A DNA stretch of 63,915 nt, filler included, from Reticulomyxa filosa (GCA_000512085.1; 19 parts of 19 records of this genome joined end to end with filler, not necessarily neighbours in it); one strand, 5' to 3'. Positions 42,674 through 57,721 are shown, numbered from the whole stretch's first letter. The notes: generated by a model not told the origin, from the sequence alone. Made by a program: numbers and translations.

Positions 42674-44614
42674 CTAACTTCTTAGGGTTAGTTCATTACC
42701 GATGCTCATACACATTTCATGCAATTGCGCATCACTGTCGCAAATGTCCAACGCTTCTAACAAACAGCCAAGTGATACTTCGTATTCTTTCTTTTCGAAA
42801 GATTCAATGCCTTTCTTTTTATTCTCTAAATAGGCTTTTCTTTCTGGTTTACTTAAAAGACACTCGCATCTGCTAATCTTTACACCTCTTTTTTCCGCTT
42901 TTTCGATACATTTATTGCAAGCTTTGATATCACTTGGTTCGCTTTGTGGGGGCGATTCATCAGCACTATCGCCACTTGGCGATAGTTCGTTTATCTCGGT
43001 AGGTAATATGCTGTCATTCATTATCACATCAAAATCTTTTCTTGAGAGAGAGATAGATAGGAGGAAAAAATGTAGCCTTTTTTTTTAAAAAACGTGCGAA
43101 TACTAAAGCAAACCTTTTGCGTCGAAAACGTTTAAAAGATTTCTTAAGATATTGGTTTTCTTTAGTGTTGTCTACCACAAGTGAACCACCTTTTTCCTGT
43201 TGCGGTGATTGATCTTTTGTAATGGAAGATGGGGTATTTCTTTTCGGTGATTCTTCGAAAATTCGTGTAGCTTGTATTTTAGGACTGTTTTTATCCTCGT
43301 TGTTGTCTTCGCCTTCACTCTCATCATCGTCTTCATTATCATTCTCGTCATTGTTTTCATCTTCGTCGTCATCATATTCAAACAAACACATAGACACACC
43401 ATACCACAAGCGTATTAAATACCAAAAAAAAAAAAAATACGCATACATATACACATATGTATTTATAGCATATGCAACTAAAATAGTTGAGCAACCTGAA
43501 TCAATGGGAATGATCTCGGTAACGTTTTGATTCGCGACAGGATAAATTGTAGGATTGTCAGATTTTGGTCAGGCGGTGACTCGGATTCGGTTTCTTCGTC
43601 ACTATTGTCGTGCACGATCACTGGATCTTCCGAGGGATGTGGAGGAAGCGAAAGAAGCGGAAAAGAAGAAGGACCGGTTAAATCAGTAATGATTTTTTGG
43701 CGTCTGAACAATTGCACAACCAATCAAGAACCCAGTTCAAGTACAGTGTGATAATTGGGAACAACGAGAAATTAAGAGAAGATCGAGAGAAGAGGGGGGG
43801 GGAGGGGGAAAAAAAAAAGGGCTCACTTAAGTGGAGGTTCGTCAATAGCACTGACATTACCATTAAACGATGCAGAGGAAAATGTTCGCTTTCGAAGGTG
43901 TAACTCGCCGCCATTGTCAAAATGTGGATACGTTAGTTGATTGTCGGAAATCAAATTCGGCTTGTTTGTGTTATTGACGTTTTCATTTAGTTCTCTTTTT
44001 TCATCGTCTTTATTTGGCAATGGTGGCAATGGTGGCAGTGGCGGCGGCGGTAAGGATGAACCTTCGTCTTCAATATCGATGATGTCTTCCATTGATTTCA
44101 AAGGTAAGATATACCGTTCAAGATCAGCTCGCAGCGACTCTGTTACGTCCTTCGTCACGTCCTCGCTGTCGTTTTCGTCACTTGATTGCAGGTCTACAAC
44201 GTCGGACGTAAGATCGACAAAAGAATTAAGCTTGTCAGACGGGTGTGATATGCCTTTGCCGCATTCATGATCCTCGAGTACTTGCTGCAATTGCTCGTGA
44301 AAGTTTCCTTCCTTGTTTCCGGTCATCGCCACGAACGGATCAAACTCCTTCTCGTCTTCGTTACTAAACAGCAGATTTGATACTGCCGTGTTGCGAGCAT
44401 TGACTCGGCCACGAGAATCTAAGTTATGAGCAAATATAGACATAATATATGTATATATGTATATTTTTGTGATAATTATATATACACGCAACGAGGTTGA
44501 CCGTTCTTTTGTGTCAGCATTTGTCGGATTTGTTCTACGTTTGCTCTTAATTCGGGATTCTCTACAAGCTCTTCTGGATTGGTTTCGAACAATAAGTCAT
44601 GCTGCGATAATCCG
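42674..44614 (-). CDS. Multi-exon acidic/proline-rich hypothetical protein with a TPR-like C-terminus
   Basis: Consecutive minus-strand ORFs separated by introns. KKKGIESFEKKEYEVSLGCLLEALDI is TPR-like. Confidence 0.45.
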
Positions 44615-44731
44615 NNNNNNNNNNNNNNNNNNNNNNNNNNNNNNNNNNNNNNNNNNNNTTAATTAATTAANNNNNNNNNNNNNNNNNNNNNNNNNNNNNN
44701 NNNNNNNNNNNNNNGGGAAAAAAAGGAGGGA

Positions 44732-45376
44732 ATGAAAAAAACACGCACACGTACACATAATGATCGACATAGTGACGATATTGTAATTCATTTGAGATGT
44801 GGAGACATTTTGTATGGACATGAGTCATATCACTTGATGACATTGAAATACTTCATTTATGTCCTCGATCGTATATTTGAACAGACGAATAGCAGTGTAA
44901 AGCAGCAAAATACGTATATTATATCACAGACATCTGGCAAAGGGAGTCATCGAAAGGAAGATGCTGAAAGCATTGGAAATTGCCGTCAGTTGGTATTCGC
45001 TTTTCAAAACAAATTGAGCGAACACTATGCCAACCGTTCTGTACAGATACGCTTTGAGTTGGTGAATAATGACATTATTAATGACTTTGCACTTATGATG
45101 TATGCACCAAATTTAGTCTGTGGCACATCCACTTTTTGCTTGCATGCAGCACTTGCAAATCCTTATGGACGTGTGTTTCTTCCGGACTTGGGTCCTTGGG
45201 ATTTTCTCACAAAGCATTTGAACGAGATTGTTAAAAGTGCTGTCTTGCCTCCGACACATTCAATTGTACGTGTTGAGGCAAACAACTGGTTCTTGCGAAC
45301 AAATGACATTTCTCAAAGACAATGGCATAAAAGAGGTAACTTTTCACAACTGATCGTGTATTTATTGTCTCACTGA
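44732..45376 (+). CDS. Fucosyltransferase-like (GT11/GT23 fold) protein, 3' part
   Basis: IVIHLRCGD GDP-sugar-binding motif; DFALMMYAPNLVCGTSTFCLHAALAN. Confidence 0.6.
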   Translation: MKKTRTRTHNDRHSDDIVIHLRCGDILYGHESYHLMTLKYFIYVLDRIFEQTNSSVKQQNTYIISQTSGKGSHRKEDAESIGNCRQLVFAFQNKLSEHYANRSVQIRFELVNNDIINDFALMMYAPNLVCGTSTFCLHAALANPYGRVFLPDLGPWDFLTKHLNEIVKSAVLPPTHSIVRVEANNWFLRTNDISQRQWHKRGNFSQLIVYLLSH

Positions 45377-47679
45377 TTCGCCTCCAGTTGTTTCGATACC
45401 CATCCTTGCCCATTGTTTTTGTCAAATGTCCATTTCATTTTTAAAACCATTGTCCCAAAGGGAAGAAAAATTTGTACGGACAAATTGGTTTTTTTTTTTT
45501 TTTTTTTTTGTTTCGTTGAATGTAGTCTTATTTTTTATTTTTTGCTTTTTTATTTTTGTTCGTTTTTGTTTTTTAAAAAAATTAACAAGATGCTGCAAAT
45601 TGATTGTTGTTACAATACATTCGCAACACTTGCTATGGGTGACGGGATGAACATAAGAGAATGAGACAATCGTATAAATAAAATCCATCGGTGACTACAG
45701 CAGCTGGTTTTTCTCAAGCTGATGCTCATCACAACATTTTAGTGACATTTCTTTTTTTTTATCGATGCCCGTGCTATTACTACGACCACAAATCAGTATA
45801 TTATACAAATTACATTGCAAACAATGGCTCCAAAGTTTGACGTTTACTTACACTTTTGGAAGAAAAAAAAGCATTAATGCGATCCTTTTCAATGCATCTG
45901 TTCGAAGAGTTTACAAAAGTAAGGCAGGATCAAATTAAAATCAGCTAAAAAAGTTTGTCCAAGTTTTTTCAATTGTTTACACTTTTTGAACATATTTCAG
46001 AGCGCGTGGCATCAAGTAGCTTGCACGCAACAGTGCTTAATTGACATGCTTTCCTAAGGGGGTCAATGCCAAAAATAAATGATCACTAGCTGGGTCAGTT
46101 TAGCTCTTTGCGATTAAAATTTGTCGAGATTACCAGAGTGACTTTGATGAGTGCGTGTTTTTGTTTTTGTACTTCCAACACTATTTCTTAATTTTTACTC
46201 AGCAGTAGAATTATTTCAACCGTTCTGTTTTAATTGCTTCGCTGCCTAAATCGCCCAAAACTTTGGGAACGGAATAACATTATTACTTTAAAAGTTAATG
46301 AAAATGGTAGGGAATACCACAATAGTTTTGTAGGTATCCTTGTGATGTGATAATGACCAGCGCTGTAAAGGACTGAATAGCGCGTGCAAAATAATTTCGC
46401 GAACATTCCATTTGAAGCATCGTGACTTTTGTCATTATATTCACGCTTTCATAACTTTTTGTGTATAGTTTTGATTTAGGGGTGGGATCAAATTTGGTTT
46501 CGTTTATAAAATGAATTTTACGTTAAAAAAAACTGATTGAAAAGTAAGTCAGAAACCTATTAGATTGGGTATCCATAGTGACTTTCATATTAACATTGTC
46601 TAAATTAAAAAGTGTTTGAACAAGACCGCGTGTATCACACAAAGATGAGTCAATAGAAAGTGTTTTTGGGGTATTCTTGCCTTTTTTTTTTTNNNNNNNN
46701 NNNNNNNNNNNNNNNNNNNNNNNNNNNNNNNNNNNNTTAATTAATTAANNNNNNNNNNNNNNNNNNNNNNNNNNNNNNNNNNNNNNNNNNNNAAAAAAAA
46801 AAAAAGATTTTTTTTATTATTATTAAAAAAGGGGCCCAGTTTAAATAAAAGAAATATGAAAACATAAAACCAAAGTGAGAAAAAAAAATCTTACGTAGTG
46901 GATGGACTTTATAGACGCATAATCGCTAGAGTAATCGACTGTCCCGACACTCATTCGATCGTACGACAAAGCGACTATCCCAAATACTAATGCCAATAAT
47001 GGCTATGATTTGATTTGGTTTATTTGCCCGTTTTTTTTTTTTTATGTATTTATTTATGTATAGGATTTTGTTTTGGATCTTTGGGCATTCAAAACACATG
47101 GGATGTTGGACAACACAAGATAATAGTTGAATACCCACAACACATGGTTCCAAGGCACTTTACGGTAGCGCTCCAATCTCATCGAAAGGCCCTGATCAAG
47201 CCACTGTCTCTGCGGAGGGGCGTGAGGAGGAAGCTTAGTCAATTGCGTGTCTGTATCCACTTCTGATTGGCCCACGGTATGAGTGGGGGCATGAAAATCT
47301 CCAACTTCTTCAGTCATATTAACTCACCAACAATACAATTGAAAATAGAGAAATGACTTATTAAAAAAAATTTTAAATTTCCGCGCAAAAAAGAACAAGT
47401 ATTTTTAGTCCCTCTTAAAGCTTTGCCAATTACTGATAATTTGTCTAAATTCGACTGTGCAACATTTTTTGTTTGCAATTTACCGTATGATTTGTATTAT
47501 CAGCAATTTTGAGGTTTTTTTGTGTGGCTTTAGAAAGAATTCGCACAGACCTTTTTCGTAGGTAAAATAATCAACTCAAGAGTAACGCATGGCTGCTGCA
47601 TTTTGATCAAAAATAGGTCAAATAGCCAAAAACATGCGTTTACACTGTCTGAAAAAAAAAAAGGTGATGACTACTGACG

Positions 47680-48425
47680 ATGGACTGGAGAAGAAGCCAA
47701 CACAAAAAAGTTCTGTTCAGAAAAAACACGTACCCTTCATATCTGAATCACTCTCATGAAAAAAAAAAACTCGAACCATATCAGGAGCGAAGATTAGCAG
47801 AAGCGGCGAAATGGAGTCGCCCCCATTTGCGAAAGCGTTATGTGCATGGTTCAAAGATTCCAACGTTGTCACAGCTGACCAGAAAGAGGTCGCAGTTGTT
47901 GGACTCAACAATGGGGATGAACAAAGAGGATGAGGAGAGACTAGTACAAGAGAAGGAGAAGTTGAAAAATCAACGATCAAAAAAGTTGAAGGAAAAGAAC
48001 GACTATAAGAAGTTGCAGCAAGGTAACAAAGAGTTTATGAAAAAGAAAGAAAAGGAAAAGACGGATGAAAAATTAAGCAAGTTGGACGCATTGGCATGGG
48101 AGAGTGTACTTTACACCTTTGGCAACGAGGACGACGAAAAGGAGACACCAGCCAACGGGAGTCCGGAAGAAGTATATTTCGACGCCGAAGGCGAAGCATG
48201 TCCACCGGTGGGTGGACACACAGCCGGAGCACTGCAGCAAATATCCAGCGATGAGTTTTTTAAGCACTTTAAAATGGAGGACTTTCACCTTCAAGAAGAA
48301 CAGCAAGAAGATGGTGATGACGACAACGACGAAGATGAAAATGATAAGGACAATGATCACAGCGAAAAAGAGTCCAAAAAGGCCTATGATAATGTGAACC
48401 ATGCGAAAGATGTTAATAAAGCAAC
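47680..48425 (+). CDS. Hypothetical Lys/Glu-rich coiled-coil and acidic protein, partial
   Basis: Long ORF with coding-like composition; no recognisable domain. Confidence 0.45.
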
Positions 48426-48553
48426 CCCTTTTTTTTTTTTTTTTTTTTTTTTTNNNNNNNNNNNNNNNNNNNNNNNNNNNNNNNNNNNNNNNNNNNNTTA
48501 ATTAATTAANNNNNNNNNNNNNNNNNNNNNNNNNNNNNNNNNNNNNNNNNNNN

Positions 48554-49085
48554 ATTGGTGTGATTGGTGGAAATGGATATACAATTTGTTCTGATCAATT
48601 GATAAAACCATTCGAATATTGGATATTGAAACAACTAAACAATTCAATGTATTCAAAGGACATACAGATAGTGTGAAGAATGTAAAATATGGATCAAATG
48701 AACTAATGAATACAATATTATCTGGATCATCGATAAAAGTGTTCGTTTGTGGGATATTCGATCTGGTCAAGAAATTCAAGTGTTTAATGGACATACAGAT
48801 CAAGTATGGTCTGTAGAATATTCACCATTTGTAATAAAGAATAGTAGTATTAATTCAAGTGTGATAAGTTCTAGGTCATTGGATAATAAAATTCGTTTTG
48901 GGGATATTCAATCAAATAAGAATGAATTGTATGTGATCAAAGGAAAAAATCAAGATAGTGAAATATTGTATTTGAAGTTTTTACAATTAAAAGAGAATAA
49001 GAAGAGAAAAAGCAATGATGACATTAGCTGTGGTATTAATCTTATTATAGTTCGTGTGGTGGTTTGATTCGTATTTGGGGATAGT
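48554..49085 (+). pseudogene. WD40-repeat pseudogene
   Basis: DKTIRILDIET..FKGHTDSV; WDIRSGQEIQVFNGHTDQVWSVEYSP; in-frame stops and frameshifts. Confidence 0.8.
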
Positions 49086-49929
49086 GAACATATTGTTGAT
49101 CAATTTGGCTTTGAATTAGTTAAATGAGAAGAATTTTTCAGTCCTTTCTTTTTTCTCAATAAAATATTAAAACAAACTGCAATTTAAAGTAACTTTCAAT
49201 TGAAAAGGATAATTTCTTTTTTTTGATAGCTTATTTTTTGATTGAATGAAAAGAAAAGTATGATAATCAGTATTTTCATTTACACACTTACTCACCGTGT
49301 TGATTCTTCACTTTCAAAATTTACTGTGATGACAAAATGTATTAAACAAGCTGTTGAGACTAAATGCATGCCAACTGTGATATTTTATTTCAAATTTAAA
49401 CACTTAAGCTTAAACAAACAGATAATTATCCTTCCAAATTGATGTTTAATAATTTACAATTGATTGCATTTTTAATACCATTCTTTATTTTGACCAATGC
49501 TTGAACCATTCCATTGAAAATGCGCAACTAGCTATCTTTGTATTAAATCATTTTCATTCTTTGGATAAGGTGTATTCGATGGAACTGTTTTCATCCATCG
49601 ATTATCCACTATCATCAAAATGAATCCGATGTTTTACACAAACTTAAACAAATTAATGATCTTTGTGACCAACCACCAAACTCATTTCATTACATTTTTT
49701 GATGGAATTGTTTTCATATTCATCAAAACGATTCACCATATTGCAATTCCAATCTTCAATCAAATCTGGACATTTATGTTTAAATTTGCTAGTGATAACA
49801 TAATCCCAATAAGTTGTCAATTGATATAATGTTAATATATATAATTTTGTGTCCGTATCAAATATTCAGTTTTCAAAGTACGATGTGAGTTTTTATCTCT
49901 CCAAATAAAATCACCACTTATATAAACGA

Positions 49930-50330
49930 CATAAAATGTTATTATTTTGTCAAAATACAGGATTATCAATTGAATATGATGAAAATAATAACTTTTTTCA
50001 ATTTCATAAATTACCTATTTGTAAAACTATTGCACAACTTTATCATTATGCATATATGCTTATTGATGACATTATATTATTTTTTGGTGGATTTTTTTGG
50101 ACAAAGAATGGACTTCTGTTTCAAAATCAATACACAGATATTCAATTAAAAAAAAAATAATGAATGGCATTTAAAAATGTTTTACTCGGTTCATTGGAAG
50201 ATTATGTTGCAATATTGAGCGAAGATTATAGTTATGTACACATAATTGGAGGACAAGAAAAAATGACAAAAGTATCAACTCATATAAAGACAAAAGCACG
50301 TATATGGAATCCTTCACATTTGGTAATTAT
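49930..50330 (+). pseudogene. Kelch-like beta-propeller relic
   Basis: MLLFCQNTGLSIEYDE..DDIILFFGG..YVHIIGG in broken frames. Confidence 0.55.
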
Positions 50331-51512
50331 TTATTTTATTCATTCACTTATTTATTTTAATCAAATACAAATAAAATTATGTTAACCGTAAAAAAAATAA
50401 ATAGTCAAAAAATGAAATAAAATTGATTAATCAATATTGGATTCGAATTTTAAAGATAAAATTAGGATGGATTGATCATTTTGATCAAATTATTATGAAC
50501 TATAGTAGAATGAAACAAATATAATCCAATATTTTACTATTAAATAAGATAGATGTTAATAAAAAAATTATCTTATCATATCCTATAAATAAAATTTTGT
50601 TTTTACTATTTTTTCCCTGTTTTGAGGAAAAACAAAGAGTATTGCTTAAAAGGCATCACTTAAAAAAGTTGTATGGTAATAAATTGAGTATTTCTGAAAA
50701 ACATGATAATAGCCAATTCAAAAAAAGCTTGTGAAAAAGATGATCAGAAACAAAACACACTAGATTGTGTATAAAGACATAGCATTCCACATTACAAAAA
50801 TATTATTCTTTTCTTTTGTTTTTATGTCTTGCAGTTCAGTTTTGCAAGACTTTCAAAGATTTTCTTGTTGTTGTTTTCCCTACCGTTTCTGAAACATCCA
50901 TTCAAATTCGTTTAGTTACGATACTTGAGTTTTGTGGTTCATAAAACTCGAACCACAAAGGACGTAAAATTGACACACCACGCAATGCCTTGGGTTGGCT
51001 GTTGCAGTTTTTTCAATTTTTATTTAGAAGAAAAAATAAATAACAAATACGCTGAAATTAATGGCATTGCTACACAAGGAGCATATGAAATAGTTTCAAA
51101 GAAATATCCTTATCCGAGATGTTAAATTCAGCCAATAACATTGTAAGAGTTGTATTGTCAAAAATATTTGTGTATTAAACGAAGCTGATGACAACAAAAA
51201 AAAACGTAATATTTTTTAAAAAGAAATTGATTAAAGATGTATTTACGTTTGAAACGTTATAAATTAATTAATTCACTTATCTATTTGAAAGGGCTCAAAA
51301 AAAAAAAAAAAGGGGGTAAACTTGTCAAATTGGAAGATAACTAAAACAGCCCCGCAGCTATTGCAAAAGACAAACAAAAAAATATCGAAATGAAAAAAGC
51401 AAAGGAGGAAAACAAATCAAACATACAAAAAAATCTCAGAAAACAAAAAAAAATTAACAAAATAAATGTACTTAAAAAAAAAAAGACTCAAAATAACATC
51501 ACATTAACCAAA

Positions 51513-51945
51513 TTAGCGTGGGTCCTTAATCAGCCAAATTTGGTCCAAAAGTTCATCGTTAGCAGAGGCAAAGAACTGCCAAAGCAAGTGAGTATCGTTG
51601 AAGACTTGCACTTTTCCAAATCCAAAATGTTCATTATCAATTTTTGCAGAATATGCTTTTTGAGAGGCATTAATTTTTTCGTGTCCCTCAATGCTCCCAG
51701 CACAGCCAATGGTGATATGTACCGGCGCACCGGGGTTTGTGTAATTGTATTGAACTACCTGTCCATCAATGATCGGGTATGTACGATCGTACGCATGAAC
51801 GTGGCCAGTAATATACGCGTCCACGCTGTATTTTAAAAACAAAGGTTCAAACGACTTTCGCAGCCAATCAGGTGTGAAAGGCGGATAATCTGGTTGTGTG
51901 TCTGAATGATAGCTGGTGTACATAGGTCGATGAGCCATGGCAAGT

Positions 51946-51947
<2 letters not shown>
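51513..51947 (-). CDS. Purple acid phosphatase (metallophosphoesterase), last exon
   Basis: AHRPMY..EPLFLKYSVD..GHVHAYDRTYP..PVHITIGCAG..FGFG..NDTHLLWQF. Confidence 0.9.
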
Positions 51948-51985
<38 letters not shown>

Positions 51986-53854
51986 CAAAAAAANNNNNNN
52001 NNNNNNNNNNNNNNNNNNNNNNNNNNNNNNNNNNNNNTTAATTAATTAANNNNNNNNNNNNNNNNNNNNNNNNNNNNNNNNNNNNNNNNNNNNAATATTT
52101 CAGCAAATCTAACGACTTAATTTATAATTTTTTTTTTTGAGATACAAATGACAAAGATGAGCATACTTAAACAAATAAAAAATAGGCAAATATTATTGTA
52201 ATATTTTTGAGATTTGTTAAAAAAATTTGATGTCAAAAATGTGAAAGTTTGAGAAAAAGATAAAATGTGATAAATATTTTATGATTACTTTGCGTATCTC
52301 TTATGCGATAACGATAAAAATAAAACCTAGTCAAGTGGATGAAAAATGTGTTACAGCCCATACTTATGGATTAAGTGATGCTCGAATTTTATGTAAATTA
52401 TCACTACTATATAAAAATTAAAAAGGAAGATATTGCGCTTCCACATTATTTTATAAAATATCTCCAATATTTAATAAAAAACATACAACTTTGTGAACAA
52501 TTCACAGTGATTTTTTTCTTTTTATCGATATATGGAATTTTTACAAAACCAACACACCACTACTAAGAAATGAAACAAGACAATAATAGATGATCAAACG
52601 AAGAGCTAATGCAAATGCATCAATTAATGATATGTTCTAAAGTTTTATCATTGGCATTTGGAAATCATTGACACCATTTCAATACAAAAGTATCAAAACT
52701 CACAATAATAAAAATCTTTGTGGTTCTGTCATTTCTTGTTGTATTTTAATGATCGACTCTTCCTGTGTTTATTGTAATATGTATTAAAAAAAGTGGTGTG
52801 ATTTTTTTTATAAAAAAACTATTAACTCATTGATTTACATAGGACTCCAAATCAGTGTCCAATTGATAAATGTGGAATCCAAAACAGGTATAAACCATCA
52901 TGATAAAGCAAAGTAAGGAAATGATAATTTGAACATCAGTAAATTTATAATGTCCATTATTTAAACTTATCACAATTCATCTACTTTGTTCTTTGTTTCC
53001 TCCAACATCTCTTTAGAATTGGAAAAGATCATTACTTCCAATTCTTGTGTATCTTGCAAAATGTGCAGCTTAATCATTTGCACAATAACAAGAAGAATTT
53101 CACAAGAGTATCGAAGGTGATTTGGTACGACATAATACAATTGCTTTGGAACATGGTTACAATCATTACAATCTGATCATTTAGACTCACATTGAAATGG
53201 ATAATGTTTCAAACACAATCTTTTTCATGTCTTGTCGTAGTGCAAAGAATACGATTTCATTCTCGCGATTAACATAAATTACCAATCGCGATTTTTTAAT
53301 ATCTTTGCAACTGCTGCTTGGCAAGCCGGTCCATTAAATTACTGACTCTCCATCTTTGCAAAACGAAGATAGGATATGATCATTGAATGAAAACATCACT
53401 TCACGAACATTACCGGAGTTTCCATTGTTTTGGTTTTGATTTGAGACGCTCCCTTTCCAGCACTTTGTAGATTCTTTAGACTCGTGCCAATAGCAGGAGT
53501 GGATGAATTGTTTGCAGTACTGCCAGCGTTATCGTCTACGACTGCGCTGGGCACTGAACGGAGTGGCTCCTTGTTTCGCAAAACGTAGTAGAGTATTGAT
53601 AGTACCGTTGCTCAAAGCGGATGGATTGCGATTCTTTTTTTGGAATTCGCTGGTAATGGGAGGAGGGGCCTCTTCGTAAATCCGCAAGTAATACTACTCG
53701 ACTCCAATTAATCTTTTTAGGCAGATTGGTGCAAATGAAGACACCAGGAATAGGTGGTAATTTGTTAAAGTCCACGGTTGAAACCGACGAGTTCGGTTTC
53801 ACAAGTGGTTTGAGCGTCTCAAATTTATTTGAAGTTGCAGATGGTTTGTTGGTA

Positions 53855-53980
53855 TTGACATTGACATTGACATTGACATTGACATTGATGTTGACATTGA
53901 CATTGACATTGACATTGACATTGACATTGACATTGACATTGACATTGATGTTGACATTGATGTTGACATTGACATTGATA
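53855..53980. repeat. (TTGACA)n hexamer microsatellite, probably an Asn-Val repeat on the minus strand of a partial gene
   Basis: About 20 visible units, in frame with ORF 53536-53802. Confidence 0.85.
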
Positions 53981-54245
53981 NNNNNNNNNNNNNNNNNNNN
54001 NNNNNNNNNNNNNNNNNNNNNNNNTTAATTAATTAANNNNNNNNNNNNNNNNNNNNNNNNNNNNNNNNNNNNNNNNNNNNGTATTCTTAACTTTACTTTT
54101 TTTTTATTTTTTTTTTTATTTTTTTTATTTATCCGTATCCAGGAAGTGATATATATATATATATATATATGTATATGTATACATACATATGTATGTGGGA
54201 ATATATCTTTTATCATCTACCCTTTTTGCATTTTGCTTTGATTGA

Positions 54246-56910
54246 TTGCCACAGCTGAGAGGCTATTGCCAATTTTCGCATGACTGGTGCGTGGATTGGC
54301 GCGGTGTGAAAGTCGAGGAATGTCCGGATGAGCAGTACATGATGTGTCTGCACTGTGGCAAGACATATCGGAATGTGAAAACGCCGGTACCGTGGTTAGT
54401 CGGGTTTTCCAAGGAACACAATTTCCATTCTATCCGGCTTTGCGGGTTGTGCTTCACAGAAGCCCATAAAGAAGCCATTGACAGCACACGCATCAGCATT
54501 CACGACTATCTCGAAGCGAATTTAAGTAATCCAACGAAAACCATGGAATTGTGTTTGGTCCATCGACTATTTACTACTAGCAGGTACACATTATATATAT
54601 GTACATATATGTATATATAATATGTATGCGCATGGGAAGGATTACATTTTGAAATCTTGCACACTTACAGTCGTTTAATGCTTACGTTGGTGAATGAATT
54701 TCATTACATTTGGAAAAACCATTGGGAGGATCATAAAAAAATGTTACAGATTATCAACTTGTTATGTAAAAAAAAAAAATAAATAAATAAATAAATTTGT
54801 GCGAAAACATAACTTGCACTTAAAAAAAAAAAAAAAAAAAATATATATATGTATATATATGTGTATATATAATTATATGTACACATATAGTGTTCGACAA
54901 TGGGTAAACTTCCTTTGGGAAGAAGACTTTCCTTGCAATAGTCAAGCACGACAACATTTGAACTCATTGATAAGCAAGCTGCTGACAGCATCGAATGGGA
55001 ATCTTTTGTTCAAAGACATCTTCCAAGCGACGCAGTTGCTACTGTCCAGCTATCGCAAACAGTACTTGCACGAAAGACAAATTCACCAGCAGGAAGAAGA
55101 CGCACAGTACTTGACGGCCAATCATTCGTCGTTTTCGTTTGCGCCGATATCGCCGGCCCCGCTGTGGTCGGAACGCAAGATGTTGTCTCCGACTTCGAGC
55201 AACACCGAATTGATCGACATGAAGTCGGTCGATTGCAACTTGCATTGGAACGAAGGCGAGATCAGTCGCGAAGCGAGAAAGAAGTTTGAGATGTTGCTGC
55301 AAAGCAAGCAGGCGAGCATGAACAGATATCGAAGCAATTATCGGATCGGACACAGCTGCATCTTGCAAATGTGTGAAAATGATTACGACTTGCTTTTGAC
55401 ACGACGGCAGAGCGACAGCCACAGCGAAACCAAACCTGGTCTTGATCATCCGTCCGATCACGTTGGAGGAGGGACGGTCCTTGCGCACTTGTCCAGGGAT
55501 GGCAGCAATTCCAGTCTTACCACGAGACATACCTATCAGACGGAAACTACAAATACCTCGGCCGTTTCCCATCCTTCCCAAGACACGTCCACGGACAATT
55601 CCAGTCGCACGTTCAAAAAAAAACACAAAAAAGCTAAACTGTTTGGTTCACGTCCTGTTCGTGGGGATAATCATCAAAAAGATAAAGATAAAGAAGATGA
55701 AAAAGAGTCGAGCCACTTGGCTCTACAAATTTTGGAGCAAGAATGTAGAGTCATTGCCGAGTTAAGTTTTTACTATCTTGTTTAATCTTGAAATGTCCTC
55801 TCTTTATCTTTGCCATCGCAATCACATACACACATACATGATTTCTTGTGTCTGTACAGACAACTAACGCTTATGATGTTTGAGAAATTTAAACAAATAA
55901 CGCCAACAGAGCTACTTCAAAAAGTTGAGGCTTGTTGAATTTGGAATTATGCATACGTATATATGTATACATATATGTGTGTACATATATGGCTATATGA
56001 TGATATTCTATTGTGTAACTACATGTAATGTCTATTGTTGGGACACAAGGAAAATGGATGCATTTGCAAACAAATAAATAAATAAATAAATAAAGGGCTG
56101 GATGACGCACGACAAATTAAATCGCGCTCCAAATGTGGTGAATATGATATTCTTTTGCGAGTCCATTTCGTCGTGGGTACAATTTGAAATTATTGCGGAA
56201 AAGCCGGCAAATCGTTATCGCACGTACGAAAAGTTTATTCGTATTGCCAAAGAATTGGACAAAATTAATAATCAATATGGACTCCTCCAAGTGTTTGCTG
56301 GCTTGGATTCGCATTACGTTTGTCGATTCAAAAACTTGGAAACAGTTAACATTTTTGCATTTGTCTTTTTTAAAAAAAAAAGAGATGGAACGGATCAATT
56401 TTGGTATCAATAGACATTAGAAGCATCAGAGCCTGATCTTGCTCGGTTTATGAAAAATACAGCCAAGCTAATGAGCACCTCGAGAAATTTTTTCCATTTA
56501 CGACAAGGGTTATGGCGCTTGGAAACACCATGTATTCCTTACTTAGGAGTCTTCCTTAAAGATGCTTTCATGATCGACGAATTGTTTAAAAAATCAAAAA
56601 TTGGTAGGGCAGATCCAGAACAAACCAAGCGTGTTTGGGATATTTACTATCATATCAATGCCTATCGACAAGTATTCTACTCTTTTTTTTTTTTTCTGTT
56701 TTTTCATTCTTTACACATACTAAAAACAAAAAAAAATGAAACATATAGGAGTTTTATCGTTTTCCTCAGTATAAAAACCTCCAAAAATATTTGAAAAGAG
56801 AGCTCCAACGTGCCAGTGAAGTCGATTTAAAATTACTGAGTGACCATGGGGGTCAATTAGCAAAATTGGAAAACAATACTGAAAAATCATCTAAGTGGTG
56901 GGCAATTTAG
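54246..56910 (+). CDS. RasGEF (CDC25-domain) protein with N-terminal Cys-rich region, multi-exon, 5' incomplete
   Basis: IAE|QLTLMMFEKFKQITPTELL, APNV..SSWVQFEII, NNQYGLLQVFAGL, PCIPYLGVFLKD. Confidence 0.9.
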
Positions 56911-57721
56911 TGTGGTGTTTTTTTTTCTTCTGCTTTCTTCCAAAGATTTTTTTTTTATTCTGCTTATTTCTTGTCCTTTTTTTTGTCTTAGTAGCTTTCT
57001 TCACGCAGTTCCAAATTGAACATATTTTGTTGTATTCAATCAAATCTAAAAGAAATCGCTACGCTTGATCTCGCATTGTCTGTGATTATCTTGTTGGAGA
57101 TATAAATAATACGTTGTAAATGCATAGTACTAGATAAAAAGTACTGTGGAAAAGGAGTGTGAATGAAATGCAAGTGATTTTGAGCAAATTTGATAAAAAC
57201 GAATAAAACAATGGAAAAAAAGGGCATAAACTTCCTAAAAAGTAATTTTACACGTAGTTAGACTGTAACTCATTGTGGCAACATTTAATGCATAAGACAA
57301 ATACAGTCTACTTTCCGTGCGTATTAAACAAGCCATAAAACTTTCAATGCGACTGTGGTAAAAATAATTCAAACAAAATTGAAGGATACAATGCAGCTTC
57401 AAACTTCAATTACTGACTCAAATGACAGTCATTTTCCTCTTCCCTCCTGCGGCATATACTTGTGTTATTTTCATCGGATATGAAAGTGTTTTGTACTGTG
57501 ACTACATATGTTCGATTTACGTTAATGGATTAGTACTTGATGTTTTGTTGAATTTTAGTTAAGTGAGGACATTTAGACATGCATGATGTGATAGTCTTGA
57601 CATTCCAAGCAAATTGCAATTTCTCATTTTTACTTTTAATTAATGCGCAATCACTTCTATTTTTTTGAAAAATCTAAAAAATTAGCGCATCAAAAAAAAT
57701 TTCTCGTTTAAACAAGTTATA